Below, piece by piece: positions 1 to 13,235 of a stretch of 64,000 nucleotides of DNA (position 1 is its first letter; every line of letters begins with the position of its first letter). Under the pieces are notes generated by a model. It was not told where the DNA came from, ran no database searches, and saw only the letters and a program-made list of their open reading frames with translations. Where the stretch lies: positions 93,374,001-93,438,000 of the forward strand of contig NC_086097.1 of assembly GCF_963921235.1 (NCBI RefSeq), in the 5' to 3' direction. Both the position numbers and the translations under genes were made by a program. The DNA comes from Mobula hypostoma. Lineage: Eukaryota.

Positions 1-119
1 AGGGAAGAAGCCAGAATATGAAGATGGGGGAGGGGAAGGAGTACAGGCTGGCAGCTGATGGGTGAAACCAGTTGAGGGGAAGGTGGGTGGGTGAGGGGGA
101 TCTACACAGATGACCTTCA

Positions 120-935
120 AGGATGCCCAAGGGGAGTACAGCCCATTGCTCAACTCTTTACACTCATGACTGTGTGGCTGAGCACAGCTCAAGCATCATG
201 TATAAATTCCCAGATGACACCACTGGTGTTGGTAAAATCTCAGATGGCAATGGGGAGATGTACAGGAGTAAGGCAGATCGGCTAGTTGAGTTGTGTCACA
301 AGGACTTTGCACTCAACATCAGCAAGACTAAGGAATTGATTGTGAACTTGAAGAAAGCTAAATCAGCAGCAGTTTTAATTTCCTGAGTGCCTACATCTCA
401 GGATCTGTCATAAGCCCAACACATTGATGCAGTCGCAAAGAAGCTCTACTCCATTATGACTTTAAGGAGCTATCACAAAAGACTTGCAACTTTCTGTAGA
501 TGTACGATAGAGAGTCTTCTGGCTGGTTTCATCACAGTCTGGTTTGAGGCTCTGAGATTACAAGAAGTTACAGAAGGTTGTAGCCAGTTCCATTAAAGGC
601 ACAACCCTCTCCACCAATGAGGACATACTTCAAGAAACAGTACCTCCAAAAAGAGGCCTCCATCATTAAGGACCCTCACCATCCAGGATGTACATTTTTC
701 TCATTATTACCATTAGGAAGGAAGTGCAGTAACCTGAAGGCTAAGCAATTCCGAAACAGCTGCTTCTCCTCTGCCATCAGATTTCTGAACAGTTCCATGA
801 ACGCAACCTAATTTCTTTTTATGTATTTATTTTTTTTTGTAATTTATTGTAATTTTTTGTCATGGCACTGTTCTGTTACCACAGAACATCAAATTTCACA
901 TCATATAACATAGTGATAATGAACCTGATTCTGAT
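120..935 (+). mobile_element. Rex1/Babar-like LINE, degraded 3' part
   Basis: LYTHDCVAEHSSSIMYKFPDDTT (YADD-like), LNISKTKELIV and IIKDPHHPG...LLPLGR motifs; 3' tail aacctgattctgatt. Confidence 0.75.
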
Positions 936-1289
936 TTCCAGCATTGTGGAATTTGGTTTTCTGCAACTGACGTTCTGTGACCTCTATCGTAGGAGTGACT
1001 GAAATGAGGGATTCATCAGAGGCTACAAGTAGAGCACCATATGTACTCTGTAGACTTGCAAGCTGGAGTCGGAAAAAAGGAATTACGTTGTTTTTGGTAC
1101 TTTTCATGCTGCCTTTGGAGCATCCATGGGTGTAGTAAAGCGGCACTTTTGTAATGCCATTTTGTTCACAGTGTACTCCCCAAAGAGGAAATTGTCAATA
1201 ACTAGATAATATTTTTAAACAGTCAGGACTGAGGCATGAACTTGTTCAGAATAGTGGAGTCGACTGGCATTTGAAATAGTGGTATCTGC

Positions 1290-1410
1290 TTAGTGAGCCA
1301 ATGCTTTGCATTGGAGTGCCAGCATAGACTTTTGTGTTTGAATTGCTAGAGTGGGACTTAGATCGAGAACATGACTGAAGAAAAGTGATGGTGTTACCAG
1401 CTGAGCCTTG
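1290..1410 (-). mobile_element. Old tRNA-derived SINE fragment (DeuSINE/SacSINE1-like)
   Basis: Reverse strand reads ggctcagctggtaacacc...aagtcccactctag...acaaaagtctatgctggcactccaatgca, resembling the head of shark Deu-domain SINEs as I recall it; heavily diverged. Confidence 0.4.
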
Positions 1411-1449
1411 GCTGAGATGTGTTACCGAAATAGAGTGACACTAATACTG

Positions 1450-1645
1450 CGGGTAGTGCCGCAGATACACAGCTCCAGCAACCCCGGTAGGACTCTGACA
1501 TTGGTGTAGTTGGTGTGTGAGAATGCATGTTCCTCTTGTGAATGTTGGGGGTTCTTCCCACTGCATCTACAGCAGATACACGGGTTACTAGGTGAATGCA
1601 ACCCTGTAGGTTATTTCCAGTGTAAGTGAGTGGCAGGAGGGTCGC
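1450..1645 (+). mobile_element. V-SINE (HE1-like), degraded
   Basis: tRNA-like head followed by the V-domain-like tgtgtgagaatgcatgttcctcttgtgaatgttggggg, shared with other copies in the window. Confidence 0.5.
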
Positions 1646-1829
1646 GAGTATTAACAGATGTATGTGAGAGAGTAGGTGACAGGAAATAAGTGAGGGAATG
1701 GCACTGATTGGATCGTTCTGACATTGGCACCGATTTGGTGGGTGGAATGGCATCCTTCTGTGTCATAGGGAAACATGAAGTAGAGTGAACTATGGTGGTG
1801 AAGTTGGGATGAAGTAAATCGATTTGGTA

Positions 1830-2215
1830 TTCCAACAGTTGAAGGAATGTTTCCCTCCCCTTCCCCTCTTCTTCTATTCCCCACTCTGGTCTCTTACAGT
1901 ACCTCCCTCTGGGCCCTCTCCTTCTTCCCTTTCTCCTATGGTCCACTCTCCTCTCCTATCAAATTCTTTCTTCTCCACCCCTTTACCTTTCCCACCCAGC
2001 TGGCTTCACCTATCACTTTCTGGTTATCCTCCTTTCCCTCCCCCTTTTTATTCTGTCATCTTCCCCCTTCCTTTCCAGTTCTAAAGAAGAGTCTTGGCCC
2101 AAAACATCGAATGTTTATTGTTTCCTATAGGTGCTGCCTGACCTACTGAGTTTCTCCAGCGTTTTGTGTGTATTGCTGTGGATTTCCAGCATCTGCAGAC
2201 TTTCTCGTGTTTATG
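1830..2215 (+). mobile_element. Older Penelope-like pseudo-LTR with degenerate hammerhead motif
   Basis: Pyrimidine-rich tract, then ctaaagaagagtcttggcccaaaacatcga...gctgcctgacctactgagtttctccagc...ttccagcatctgcaga, homologous to the 3' end of the GIY-YIG element at 20039-21548. Confidence 0.7.
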
Positions 2216-2226
2216 AATTGGAGGTA

Positions 2227-2380
2227 CAGGTCGACCTTCACTAATCTGACTACCTGTAATCCAGTTCCTTTGATAATCCGGCACTGATTATGCTTAATGT
2301 GATCCTTCTGTAATTCGGCATTTTCACTAATCCGACACTCCTCAGGTCCCATTGGTGCAGGATTAGTGAAGGTCGACCTG
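2227..2380. mobile_element. Tc1/mariner-superfamily (pogo/Tigger-like) MITE, 154 bp
   Basis: Perfect 20-bp terminal inverted repeats CAGGTCGACCTTCACTAATC flanked by TA on both sides; internal TAATCC-like repeats. Confidence 0.9.
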
Positions 2381-2801
2381 TATTTGCTTTTCTACATACA
2401 ACTGAAATGGCTGAAGACAAGCTGTGACTGCTGTCAAAATCATGCTGTTCTTTGCTTATTGCTCTCTCACTAGCCTTACCCTTTCTGTTTATCTAACATG
2501 TCTCAGATCTGGTTCCGCTTGTATTACTTTTGCCTCAACTTGTTTTTAAGTCCCATTTTACTAATGTCAGCACAGAAATTGACAGGACCTGTACATTTAT
2601 TCTAGCTGTACCTGTACAGTTACAAAAGAAGTAACTACCCACTGAGTGTGCATATTATCCAGGTATGCCCTGTTGATGTAAAGCAGGACAAATCCGACAT
2701 GGTTAATTACTGTCCTGTCCTCTCTATCTAATCTCAGTCACAGTCTGGAATTTCATTCCAGAGATGAGGTAAGAATCCTGAAATTACAGAATGAGTATAG
2801 T

Positions 2802-3605
2802 TCAAAGGTCCAATTTAATGTCAGAGAAATGTATACAACTTACATCCTGAAATCTTTTTCTTCGCAAACATCCACGAAAACAGAGAAGTGCCCCAAAGAA
2901 TAAACAACAGTTAAAAGTAAGAACCCCAAAGCTCCCCCCGGTTCCCCTCCCTCCCGTGCATAAGCAGCAGCGAGCAACAATCCCCCCTCCCCCCACTGGC
3001 AAAAAAAAGCAAGCACTCGAGTGTGAGCAAAGCAATAGCAAAGACACAGACTTGCAGTTACCCCAAAGACTTTGCGTTTCACCCGGAATTCAACATACCA
3101 CAGGTTTTCTCTCTCTCCCTAATGAGGGAGAAAGAGGTGTCTCCATTTTCCAAGCAAGCAGGGAGACGTAACAAACAACTCGCTGGTTTACAATGTTAAA
3201 AGTCTGTTACATCGCTTTTTCCGAGCTCTGTGCCTGAAGATCTCAAAAGATCCCGAGTCTTTGGGCACACAGCAGTAGACTCCCCCGACGACACACAAGT
3301 CTCCTGCCGTGACACCGACCCTCGATCCACCCGTCTTCAGAGCCCCGAGATTTTAGGCTTCCAGATCTGAGCCGGACTCTCAGGCCGAACCCTTGGCGTG
3401 CCGAACAACGGCCAGTCCTGAAACCCCAAGAACAGGGTCCCATTCCCGCAAAGAACCGAAGTCAACGTGTAACTCCAGGTCAGGGGCTTGAAAAGAACCC
3501 TGAAAGGGAAAAATAAAGACATTAAAGATGGAAATAGAGCTGTTTTTGAAGATGCAAGTAAAGGAGTTGCTGTTTGGCACCATTTTAACTTTGCTTCACC
3601 TCCTC
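2802..3605 (-). mobile_element. Non-coding retroposon, family A (second copy at about 13236-13953)
   Basis: Highly similar to 13236-13953 in the opposite orientation. Head aaaatggtgcc, 3' end gacattaaattggacctttgaa. Confidence 0.7.
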
Positions 3606-6600
3606 TTTAGAGGGAGGCTGTCTTTGTCAAGCAATCCAGTTAATCCCAATTCTCAATATACTTGCAAAGTCTCTTGGTTCAAGAGCCTGTCCGGTCCCTG
3701 TTTAAAGCCCATAATTTTTGACCGCCACCAGAGAGTGAGTTACAATTCAAAACCATTTTATGTAGCATGTACTCACACCTTCTGCATGAGGAAGTTACCC
3801 CAAGGTCCCCTTTAAAATGTTCACCTCTCGCATGAAACGTATGCCCTCTGTTTTTTTTATTCCCTTTCCCTTGGAAAAGATCGAGCACATATACCCCATC
3901 TATGTCCTTCATGATTTTATACACCTTTGCATATGTGTATTTTTTTTGCTATTTGTTCTAATTAAAATGTCAATCGGGGCAGAATTTGACTGTGATTAGC
4001 ATCATGGGCCCTATATTTATCTATTTTTCAGGATCTGGACTTTGCTGGATCCTCCTTGATCTGCTGTAGTCCCAGTAAATCTGAAGTTGATTGGCAGCCA
4101 TCAAAAGGGAAGCTGTTCTCAAGACACATATGCTTGTATTGTTTGGGTTCAACCCTGGAAAATTATCTGTTACAACGAAAGAGGGGAAGTTTGCTGATAA
4201 CTACACATTGTTCATATACATTATGAACAATTATACATTATGCTCCTTACAAAACAAAGCATGCGGCAAGACCGAGACAACCCACAAACTCAGACTGTAT
4301 CTCACAAGAATACTCTTTCCTCCATCCCCCCACCTTCATTTACCAATCAGCCCCTCAGCTACCAAGCATACCGACCACTAATCAGCGACCAACTTCTTTC
4401 CTCCTGCAAATTCTGGCAGCTGACCTTTGGCCTAACACCCAACCCTACTTATCAAAGATGTGCAGATCAACAGTTCCTCCTTTCCACTCCTTCCTTTGGC
4501 CTCCTAGTACAGAACTTGTCAAATGCCCATCACAAGCCATCAAATTACTATGCCTGCAGGGTTATTAGCCAAATTTCAGACAATTATTTGGTTATAACCT
4601 GCTGCTGTGTGGACATACGAACACAAACATAGAGAACAAAAGCAAACAGGAATGGATTATTTGTTTTTTTCATAGCTGGTCTACTTTTCAGTAAGATTAT
4701 GATTGATTTGCTATCTCAGTTTTATACTCCTTTCTAATCCGTGACCCTTGATTTTTAAAAAAATCCATTGAACTTTGCTTTGAATATACATGCCAACTGA
4801 GCCTCCGAAGCCTAATGGAAGAAAATTCTAAAGATTTACCCGCAGAATGCTGGAGGAGCTCAGCAGGTCAGGCCACGTCTATGGAGAGGAATAACGAGGC
4901 GACGTTTTGGACTCTGTACATGCTGCTGAGTTCCTTTAGCATTTTGTGTTGCTGCAGATTTCCAGCATCTGCAGAATATATTGTGTTCTAAAGATTCACC
5001 ACTTGGGTAAAAAGAAAATCTCTTCTCATTCCTAAATGGCTGTCCCCTTATGTTGACAATGGGCCCAGTCAGAGGAACAAATAGTTGCAGCTCTACTCTG
5101 ACAAACCTCTTCAAAAAAAATTGGTAAGCCTCATGTGGAATCACCTAAACATGGAGGATATGAGCAATCTCTCCTCACTTGACAAACTTGATATCCCAAA
5201 AGTCCATCATGTGATTGCTGTACAAAAACTGAATGTCACATTTCCTTCATTACAATGGGGACTACATATTATTGTTTGTTTTACATGGCTGTATAGTACT
5301 TTGGAACTAACAGAGATCATGAATGGAAATTATTTTTTAGACACGAGAAGTTCTTTCTAGAGTGATAGCATTTGCTTCCAGAGGGTGCAGCAAGTCAATA
5401 GTAGAAAAAATCAAATTAAAATCTGTTGTCATCTACTCTGCTAGTATTCAGACAATTTTTTTTGTTTTCTGAAAGTAAACGTCTTGCACCCTTTCTCTTT
5501 CTGAAGACTCCACCAATATCTCTGGTGCTCAGCCTTTGAGCATGCCTACCATCAAATCGTTTCTTATTAGACTTTCTGTCTGTAGGCACTGAATCATGCC
5601 AAGGACAATTCTGAATATATAAACCAAAATCCCTCAGCCTACTCTGGAGGAAGACCAGAGAAGTGCAGTCCAACTAGAATCACTCACCAACTTCCTTAAA
5701 ACAGATCATCTGCTTATTGTCAGAGAGACAGCACAAAAACAGGGTATTTGGCCACTGAGTCTGTACCTACCATTAAGCCCCCATTTTTGCATTAGTTCTG
5801 CTCTAACCTATTTGACTCTTACCACATTTCCATCAATTCCCTGATACCTCTCTTCCCCCGCCCTAGTTTCCATCACACACCTACAGACTAAGAGCAAGTT
5901 ATAGTGTCCAATTTACATACAGACCTATGTGCATTTTTCGGGATGTGGGAGAAAACCCATACAGTGACAGGAAAAATATGAAAATGCCACACTGAGAGCT
6001 TTTGAAGTCATGTTGCTGTTTGAAGGACCTTGTTAAAGATTCCTACTTCCAACAATGACCCACTTCAATGGTATTCAATTGGTTGTAAAATGCTGTGGTG
6101 TGCTGAGGTTGTGAAGGATCTGAGGAAGGTCTGTTTTATGATTTCTGTCAGCAGAGGGGTGGATGGCTGTCAGTCAAAACAATATCAGGGACAATTGGAT
6201 GTCTGCCTGTGAAATTGACATTCTGGTGATATGTAATTCTGAATAATTTTGTGAACTGTGTCCTTTTCACTTTTTCACGCAAATTCATTTGTCTTAATGC
6301 TCTTTGTTACCTTATTTTCCTTGTTTCCCTCTTCCATATTTCCTTTTTGCTCCCAATAAAACTGATGAAGACCAGTGCTGTGAAAATGAGGGAGCCTCAA
6401 AAACACCTTGAGAAAGGTTGAGAAAGAGAGTCTAAAAACAAAGCAAAATAATAAAACATTGAAAAGATTGGGCGTCTGTTGTTATTGGTGACTATAGAGC
6501 TTTAAATGTAGAACAGTGTTTTTCATGCATATAATTTCTATATAACTATTCGCCTCCTGCTGCATTTTTTTATTCTGGAGAAATTGCTTTTATCCTGCAG

Positions 6601-8210
6601 TTTCTGATTCCACCATTTTTACGATCTCCAAATTATTTTCTAATTAATGACTAACTATGGTAGATACATAGAAACCTAGTAAGTTTGCAAACTATCCTAC
6701 ACAAGCTAAACTTGACCATATGGGCAGCACACATTCTTCTCTGAGATATAATACATACTTTGGAAAGCAAGTACATTTTGAGGAATGAGCTCTTGAAGAC
6801 ATCCTCCATTCCCTACCTATGTCCCGAACACATTTACACCCAGGGACAATAATCTGCAGATTGCCAGCTTCATGCTGCTTGACTAATAACATACAAACGT
6901 CCAAGTAAGAGTATGCTAATATTGAATGTCTCCTATAAGTGAATATGCTGGCTTGACATCATCAACAATATTTTGGCGTACTGTAAACCTATATGTTTGT
7001 GATCTCTGAATACTGACCCTGATAAAGAGGATTGAACTGACTCTGACTACGGTCACAACCCATTACTGAGATAAACATTGAGTTGTTAACTCCATAACCC
7101 AGGGATGGTGTCATGGTATCCCCTAGTGTTACTAGAACACAGGAGCTCATACTGTCTATCAAGTTAATGTTGGCTTCCAACAGAGAAATCCTGTCAGTGC
7201 TTTTTCCCCTCTTATTCCTCAGAAAACACCATGACTGCAAAAAGCAAGGGTTGAAGAGTGCCACACAAATGCCAAGAAATGATTCTCTCCAATGAGTGTC
7301 TTGGCATTCAATGGCAGTGCCAGCACTGAGTAGGCACATAAACACTGTGGATACAAGTGCACCTTAGTGGAAACCCTCAATGTTTCCACTTTCTAGGCAT
7401 ATCAGAAGTGTGATAGAATATCATCCAATTGCCTCAAGAAGCTCAACACTATCCAGGATTTAAAAAAACGCAGGATTGCCAGTACAACCCTAAATGTTAG
7501 TATTCATTCCCTACATCTGCAGCACAAAGGCTCAGTGTTTACCACTTACTAAATGCACTGCAGTTACTTGCCTAGGTATAATACCTTGCTAGCTCCAATA
7601 GCAGCTCCCAGCCTGAAGACCTCTGCCACTTATAAGGCAAGAGCACCAGGCACATGGGAACCTCAATACCAACAAGTTACTCTCCATGTTAATCACTATT
7701 TATGGAATCTCTACATCTATAATAGTAGAATAGTTTTTTAGATAACATTACTAGTGACTAGTTGTTTTTATTCTGCTTTAAATCATCATCATTGTCATCA
7801 TTATGTGCCGTGTCATATGGCGTAAGCAATTACAGTGACCACTTTTCTACAGAAGTGTTCTGCCTTTGCCTTCTTCTGGGCTTTAAATTTTTCTTGCCTC
7901 TAGGTATACGATTAGATAATTTTAAAATATCACACAATAAATCATTCACTATTAAGTAACTGTTTACAGCTTTTACTTAACTAGATTTTGTGAGATTTAC
8001 ATTTTTTAACATAATTTGTTATCTATTTTCCCTCAAAATGTTGCGCTAGTGAGCATAGTTCCCTCTAAGCTGTGCGCGTACACACGTTTTTCGACCAATG
8101 CACAAAGGAAATCAATGAGCGCACAAGAGGTTAGTTACCTAAGATAATGTGGTAGTTAATAATTATACTTATTGAAAATAATCTTTTAGCTAACTGTTTC
8201 TGTTAACTAG

Positions 8211-9090
8211 TGTTACGAGAATACACATAAAATTAAGATGTTTGCTGGCCTGGGCTAGCATCAGTGGCATCAGCAGTTGGTCTGCCACCTGCCCTCAGGG
8301 GAAGGAGAGATAAGGAACAATGGAGCAGCGTCTGGAGATGTGTAATGAAGGGATGTGGGAGGAAGAGCTGTCTGGAGCGGCTCCCCCCTTTGAACCCTGA
8401 ACTGTTTGAAGTGATGGACAGGCGATACCCCAGCAGGGGGATAAAAAGGGACAGGTTCGCTAAGACAGACACACACGCCACCCGAGGTAACGAGACCCTG
8501 GAAGCGGTGCGCTTCTCATGAGTGGGTGAGAAGTACCGGACAACGACAAGGGTGGAAAGGTACGATCAGCGGGAACCCGGTGTGTGTCCGCCCTTGCCTG
8601 GGTGCCGGGTTCACTGCAGAGGATCGACCGCATCTGGAGGAGGGGTCACAGTCGGTGACCTCAGGTGACATCACCAAGGACCCGCCCAAAAGCTGTTTGT
8701 GAGCCATCTCGGTGGTCTGTGAGCCATCTTGCTGGTCTGTGAGTGAAGCCGTTCTGAATGATGAGTTGTTCCTATTCTATCTCTCTCTTCCCCCACGTTG
8801 TCCACCGCCATGGCAAAGATTACTGCGAACTGAACTACTAAACTGGACTGAACTTTGAGTCATTTTGAAATTGGTCATTTACCCCTAGACAACGATAGAG
8901 CTTGATTGATGCTGTTATCTTAATTCTGTGCACATGTGTGTTTATCATCACTGAACTGTTGCATTTATTATCCTTTCGATTACTGTGTTGCTTGTTTCTG
9001 TAATAAAACTTTCTTAGTTCTAGTACTCCAGACTCCAACTGAGTGATCCATTTCTGCTGGTTTGGCAACCCAGTTACGGGGTACGTAACA
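8211..9090 (+). mobile_element. Solo LTR (Gypsy-like), 880 bp
   Basis: TGTTACG...CGTAACA inverted termini, 4-bp TSD CTAG (8207-8210, 9091-9094), AATAAA near 9002, internal 20-bp tandem duplication near 8698-8743. Confidence 0.85.
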
Positions 9091-9289
9091 CTAGTTAGTT
9101 GGTTTTTCAAATACCACAATGCATATCACTAATATACGTCACCTCACCTATCCTGTTCCGGTTTGTACAGCTGCATCATGGCAGCAGCCATGTTTGGCAG
9201 ACAGTGTTCATATCGTAAAGTTTACAAAGATCTGTTTCAAATCCTGTAGATAGCTTACTAAGTTTTTATTGAAAAAATGTTGATTCACT

Positions 9290-9709
9290 ATGTCGAATTC
9301 AAAAGAAGCGAAGAGCGTGTAGCACAAAAGAACTGCAAATTTGTTTAAAGTTGAATGGCTTAACAAAATAGTAGAAACTGTTACACCAAAAGCTCATGAG
9401 GTCATGAACGTTCAGCTATGAGAAATATTTATGAATGATTTGGAAACTCAAGTTATCTGTTTGTATTGGCGTGATGCGAAAGTTGCTGGAGAATTTGCTA
9501 GTGGAAAGAAGTGGGATGGTATTTGGAAACTTGACCTTTTGAATCGTCATTGGGCAAGTAAATCGCATTTGGATGGTGTACAAAAGCTCAAGCAACAGAA
9601 CCCATCATTACCCGTTACAGGAGTGCTACGCATGTTACGGTTGAGTGCAGATGAGCGAGAGCAAAAACGATCAAACACAGAGGAAATCAAAGTTGAGGTA
9701 CAAGAATGA
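9290..9709 (+). pseudogene. hAT transposase N-terminal zinc-finger remnant
   Basis: MSNSKEAKSV*HKRTANLFKVEWL...ICLYWRDAK...WKLDLLNRHWASKSH, a degenerate CxxC...H...H (TTF/BED-like) finger with in-frame stops, inside the hAT TIRs; cut off by a Penelope insertion. Confidence 0.6.
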
Positions 9710-10652
9710 AAACAGAGGAATTCTGCAGATGCTGGAAATTCAAGCAACACACATCAAAGTTGCTGGTGAACGCAGCAGGCCAGGCAGCATCTCTAGGAAG
9801 AGGTACAGTCGACGTTTTGGGCCGAGACCCTTCGTCAGGACTAACTAAAAGAAGGGCTAGTAAGAGATTTGAAAGTGGGAGGGGAAGGGGGAGATCCAAA
9901 ATGACAGGAGAAGACAGGAGGGGGAGGGATAGAGCCAAGAGCTGGACAGTTGATTGGCAAAAGGGATATGAGAGGATCATGGGACAGGAGGCCCATCCTC
10001 TGGGTATTTCCCACCCTCCCCCTTTTCTTTCTCCCTGGGCCTCCAGAGAGAAAGAATGTGTGTATATAAATAACGGATGGGGTACGAGGGGGAGGTGGGG
10101 CATTAGCGGAAGTTAGAGAAGTCAATGTTCATGCCATCAGGTTGGAGGCTACCCAGACAGAATATAAGGTGTTGTTCCTCCAACCTAAGTGTGGCTTCAT
10201 CTTTACAGTGAAGGAGATCATGGATAGACATATCAGAATGGGAATGGGACATGGAATTAAAATGTGTGGCCACTGGGAGATCCCACTTCCACAAATTATA
10301 TACACACATACTTTTTCTCTCTTTCCTTTTTCTCCCTCTGTCGCTCTCACTATACCCCTTGCCCATCCTCTGGGTTTTCCCCCCTCCCCCTTTTCCTTCT
10401 CCCTGGGCCTCCTGCCCCATGATCCTCTCATATCTCTTTTGCCAATCAACTTTCCAGTTCTTAGCTCCATCCCTCCCTGTCCTGTTTTCTCCTATCATTT
10501 CGGATCTCCCCCTCCCCCTCCCACTTTCAAATCTCTTACTATCTCTTCTTTCAGTTAGTCCTGACAAAGGGTCTCGGCCTGAAACGTCGACTATACCTCT
10601 TCCTATAGATGCTGCCTGGCCTGCCGTGTTCACCCTGCACTTTTTGTGTGTG
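9710..10652. mobile_element. Rearranged Penelope-like insertion: inverted pseudo-LTRs plus GIY-YIG C-terminus
   Basis: Minus-strand pLTR from about 9710, minus-strand DLPVATHFNS...EEQHLIF...GMNIDFSNFR (about 10103-10289), then a plus-strand pLTR (about 10290-10652). Confidence 0.85.
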
Positions 10653-11874
10653 TGATTTAAATATGTATGTTATTTTGTTGTTATTCTGTGCAGTTTTATG
10701 TCAAATATTTTGTAAACCTACATAAACTGTCTCAGGTGTGCATTCAATGCGCACATACTTTTGTCACAGGAAAAAATTTGTACAACATAAGATTTTTGTG
10801 CACACTGACTACTAAAAATTAGAGGGAACATTGCTAGTGAGTTGCCTTTACATTGTTATTCAGTGTTTGTAGATTACACAGGTAAAACAGGTTTCAGTGG
10901 GGAGTGTTGTTTACTTTGACAGGACACTTACAACCTATCTGAGCAGCAAGAAACTTAGAGCAGGGAAGGTCATCCCTCACAATGGCCCCAACCACACCAC
11001 GTCAGTTCAGCAAGAGACTGAGGTAACTGTCACCTCTGTCACAGTCTCTGGCACCACTGACAAATGTGAGCCAGCAGGGGAACATGTGACTGTCCAAATG
11101 AACCTTGGTGAAGTGCAAGGAGCCAAGATTTTGCAGAATCAACAGGAGACCTGTGAATTGACATCTTCAGAGTTACTGAGCTTTGGCTAACTGCCTCCTG
11201 CTGTGTGTGCAGATGCTTTAATAGGTGAAATGCATGAATGTGATAACGTTTCACTCCCTGTTGGCTTTGTATGTATAGGGAGCTTCAGGGATTGTATATC
11301 GGTATACATCTGCAGTAGAGGAGTCTTCAATCTACTGCTGGGAGTGTCATCTTTGGCATCCTCCTCAGCAGCTGCCAACACCCAGCTGTTCCATAGATTG
11401 GATCCTGTCTGTCTAAGGGCATAGTGGAGATGATCTTCACATGCAACAATTCTAGGAGAAATTCAGGGAACAGTACCAGTCACCATATCTAAACTTTCTT
11501 GACCTCCCTGAACCCTTTTATACCCATTCAGGAGTAACTTTGGAATTCCCTCTTCAAATTCAGTGGCCAACAGAAATTTATCTCCATTTTAGATTAGGTA
11601 GAATAGGCATGTGTAAATGGCTTAACGCTGCATCCATTACTTATGATCTTCACATCCATCAGTTCTGGTCCCTGGCACACTGCTTTGCGATTACAGTAAT
11701 GGCCAGACCTTTAGCACCTAAGCCCTACAGTTTGCCAAAACCACTTTCATTCCCTCTTCTAAATATACTACCTGAAATACCATTGGTTATATTGTTCTAC
11801 TGTGCTTTACACCCTGGTTCAGAGAAACATTGTCTCATTTCTATGTACATTATATGGTTATATATGTTATATTA

Positions 11875-12156
11875 AAGCATCCATTAGTCTTGCGAGACCA
11901 TGGATCTGCGCCTGGAAAGTCTTCAGGTTGTATGGAAGACCGGTAGTTGCTCATGCTGCAAGTCTCCCCTCTCCACGACACCGATGTTATCCAAGGGAAG
12001 GGATTAGGACCCATACAGCTTGGCACCACTGTCGTCGCACAGCAATGTGTGGTTAAGTGCCTTGCTCAAGGACACAACATGCTGCCCGACTGAGGCTCGA
12101 ACTCATGACCTTCAGGTCACTAGTCAAATGCCTTAACCACTTGGCCACGTGCCCAC
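11875..12156 (-). mobile_element. tRNA-derived SINE with RTE-like tail
   Basis: Reverse strand has an A box (TGGCCAAGTGG) and B box (GTTCGAGCC), then gtgtccttgagcaaggcacttaacc and a LINE-like 3' tail. Inserted in a Rex-like 3' UTR. Confidence 0.75.
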
Positions 12157-12209
12157 AGATATATACATGTACTGTACATAGTTAAACATCAATAAACTGG
12201 ACTTGACTA

Positions 12210-12930
12210 TTTATCCAAGCTTCTCTTAAATTTTGCAATTGAAACTGCATCCCCCACTTCAGCTGGAAGCTCATTCCACACTTGCACCACCCTCTGAGTT
12301 AAGAAGTTCCCCTGATCCATTTCCCCCTCAGGTTCCCCTTAAAAATTTCAGCTTTCACATAAACCTGTACCCCTAGTTCTAGTCGCACCCAACTTCAGAG
12401 GAAAAAGCCTGCATGTACTTACCCTACCTATACCACTCATAATTTTTGTATACATAGCTCTATAAGATCTCTCCTCATTCTCCTATGCTCTAGGAAATAA
12501 AATCTTTACCAATTCAACCTTTCCCTGTAACTCGGGATCTCAAATCCTGGCAACATCCTTGTACCTTTTCTCTGCACTCTTTCAATCTTAATGATATCTT
12601 TCCTGCTGGTAGGTGATCAGAACTGCACACAATACTCCAAATTTGGTCTCACCAACATCTTATACAACTTCAAATTAACATCTCAAATCTTGTACTCATT
12701 GTTCTGCATTATGAAGGGCAAAGAACCAAAGGCTCTCTTTATGACTCTGTCTACTTATATTGACACTTTCAAGGAATTATAGATCTGAATTTCCAGATTC
12801 CCCTGTTCTACCACACAGCCCAGTGCCATACTATTCACTATGTAGGTCCTACCCTGGTTTGTCTTGCCAAAGTACAACATCTCACATTTGTTTGCATTAA
12901 ATTCCATCTGCCATTTCCCAGCCTATTTTT
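12210..12930 (-). mobile_element. CR1 LINE 3' fragment
   Basis: Reverse strand carries degenerate WQMEFN..KCE and LYKMLVRPNLEYCVQFWSP motifs. Confidence 0.75.
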
Positions 12931-13069
12931 CAGAATCACAATCATGTTTAATATCACTGGCATATGTCGTGAAATTTGTGTTAGTGGCAGCAATACAATG
13001 CGATGCATGATAATATAGGGAAAAAATAAATAAGTAAATCAATTACATTAAGTATATATATGCATACTT

Positions 13070-13225
13070 TTAAAGTTAAATTGGATAGATATATGGACAG
13101 GAAAGGAATGGAGGGTTATGGGCTGAGTGCAGGTTAGTGGGACTAGGTGAGAGTAAGAGTTCGGCACGGACTAGAAGGGCCGAGATGGCCTGTTTCCGTG
13201 CTGTAATTGTTATATGGTTATAAGG
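13070..13225 (+). mobile_element. CR1 3' end (young family with ttatatggttata tail)
   Basis: Near-identical to 35840-35995 (+) and 50097-50235 (-). Confidence 0.8.
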
Positions 13226-13235
13226 TTACATTAAA

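Larger units (their letters stand above)
8054..10833 (+). mobile_element. hAT DNA transposon, internally deleted, with nested insertions
   Basis: TIRs catagttccctctaa / ttagagggaacattg; perfect 8-bp TSD CTAGTGAG at 8046-8053 and 10834-10841. Confidence 0.9.

Noticed and set aside
9687..10655. Recurrent ORFs such as LLVNAAGQAASLGRGTVDVSGRDP (also near 21500, 29600, 30550, 32016, 34400)
   Set aside because: These are translations of the Penelope pseudo-LTR, not a host protein family.
10880..11480. Unique-looking, moderately GC-rich stretch with short ORFs
   Set aside because: No recognisable domain or consistent splice signals; possibly an old transposon remnant, and I cannot support a call.
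12060..12156. Functional tRNA genes (also 53690-53765 and 62796-62875)
   Set aside because: A/B boxes are present, but there is no complete cloverleaf and each runs into a SINE body.
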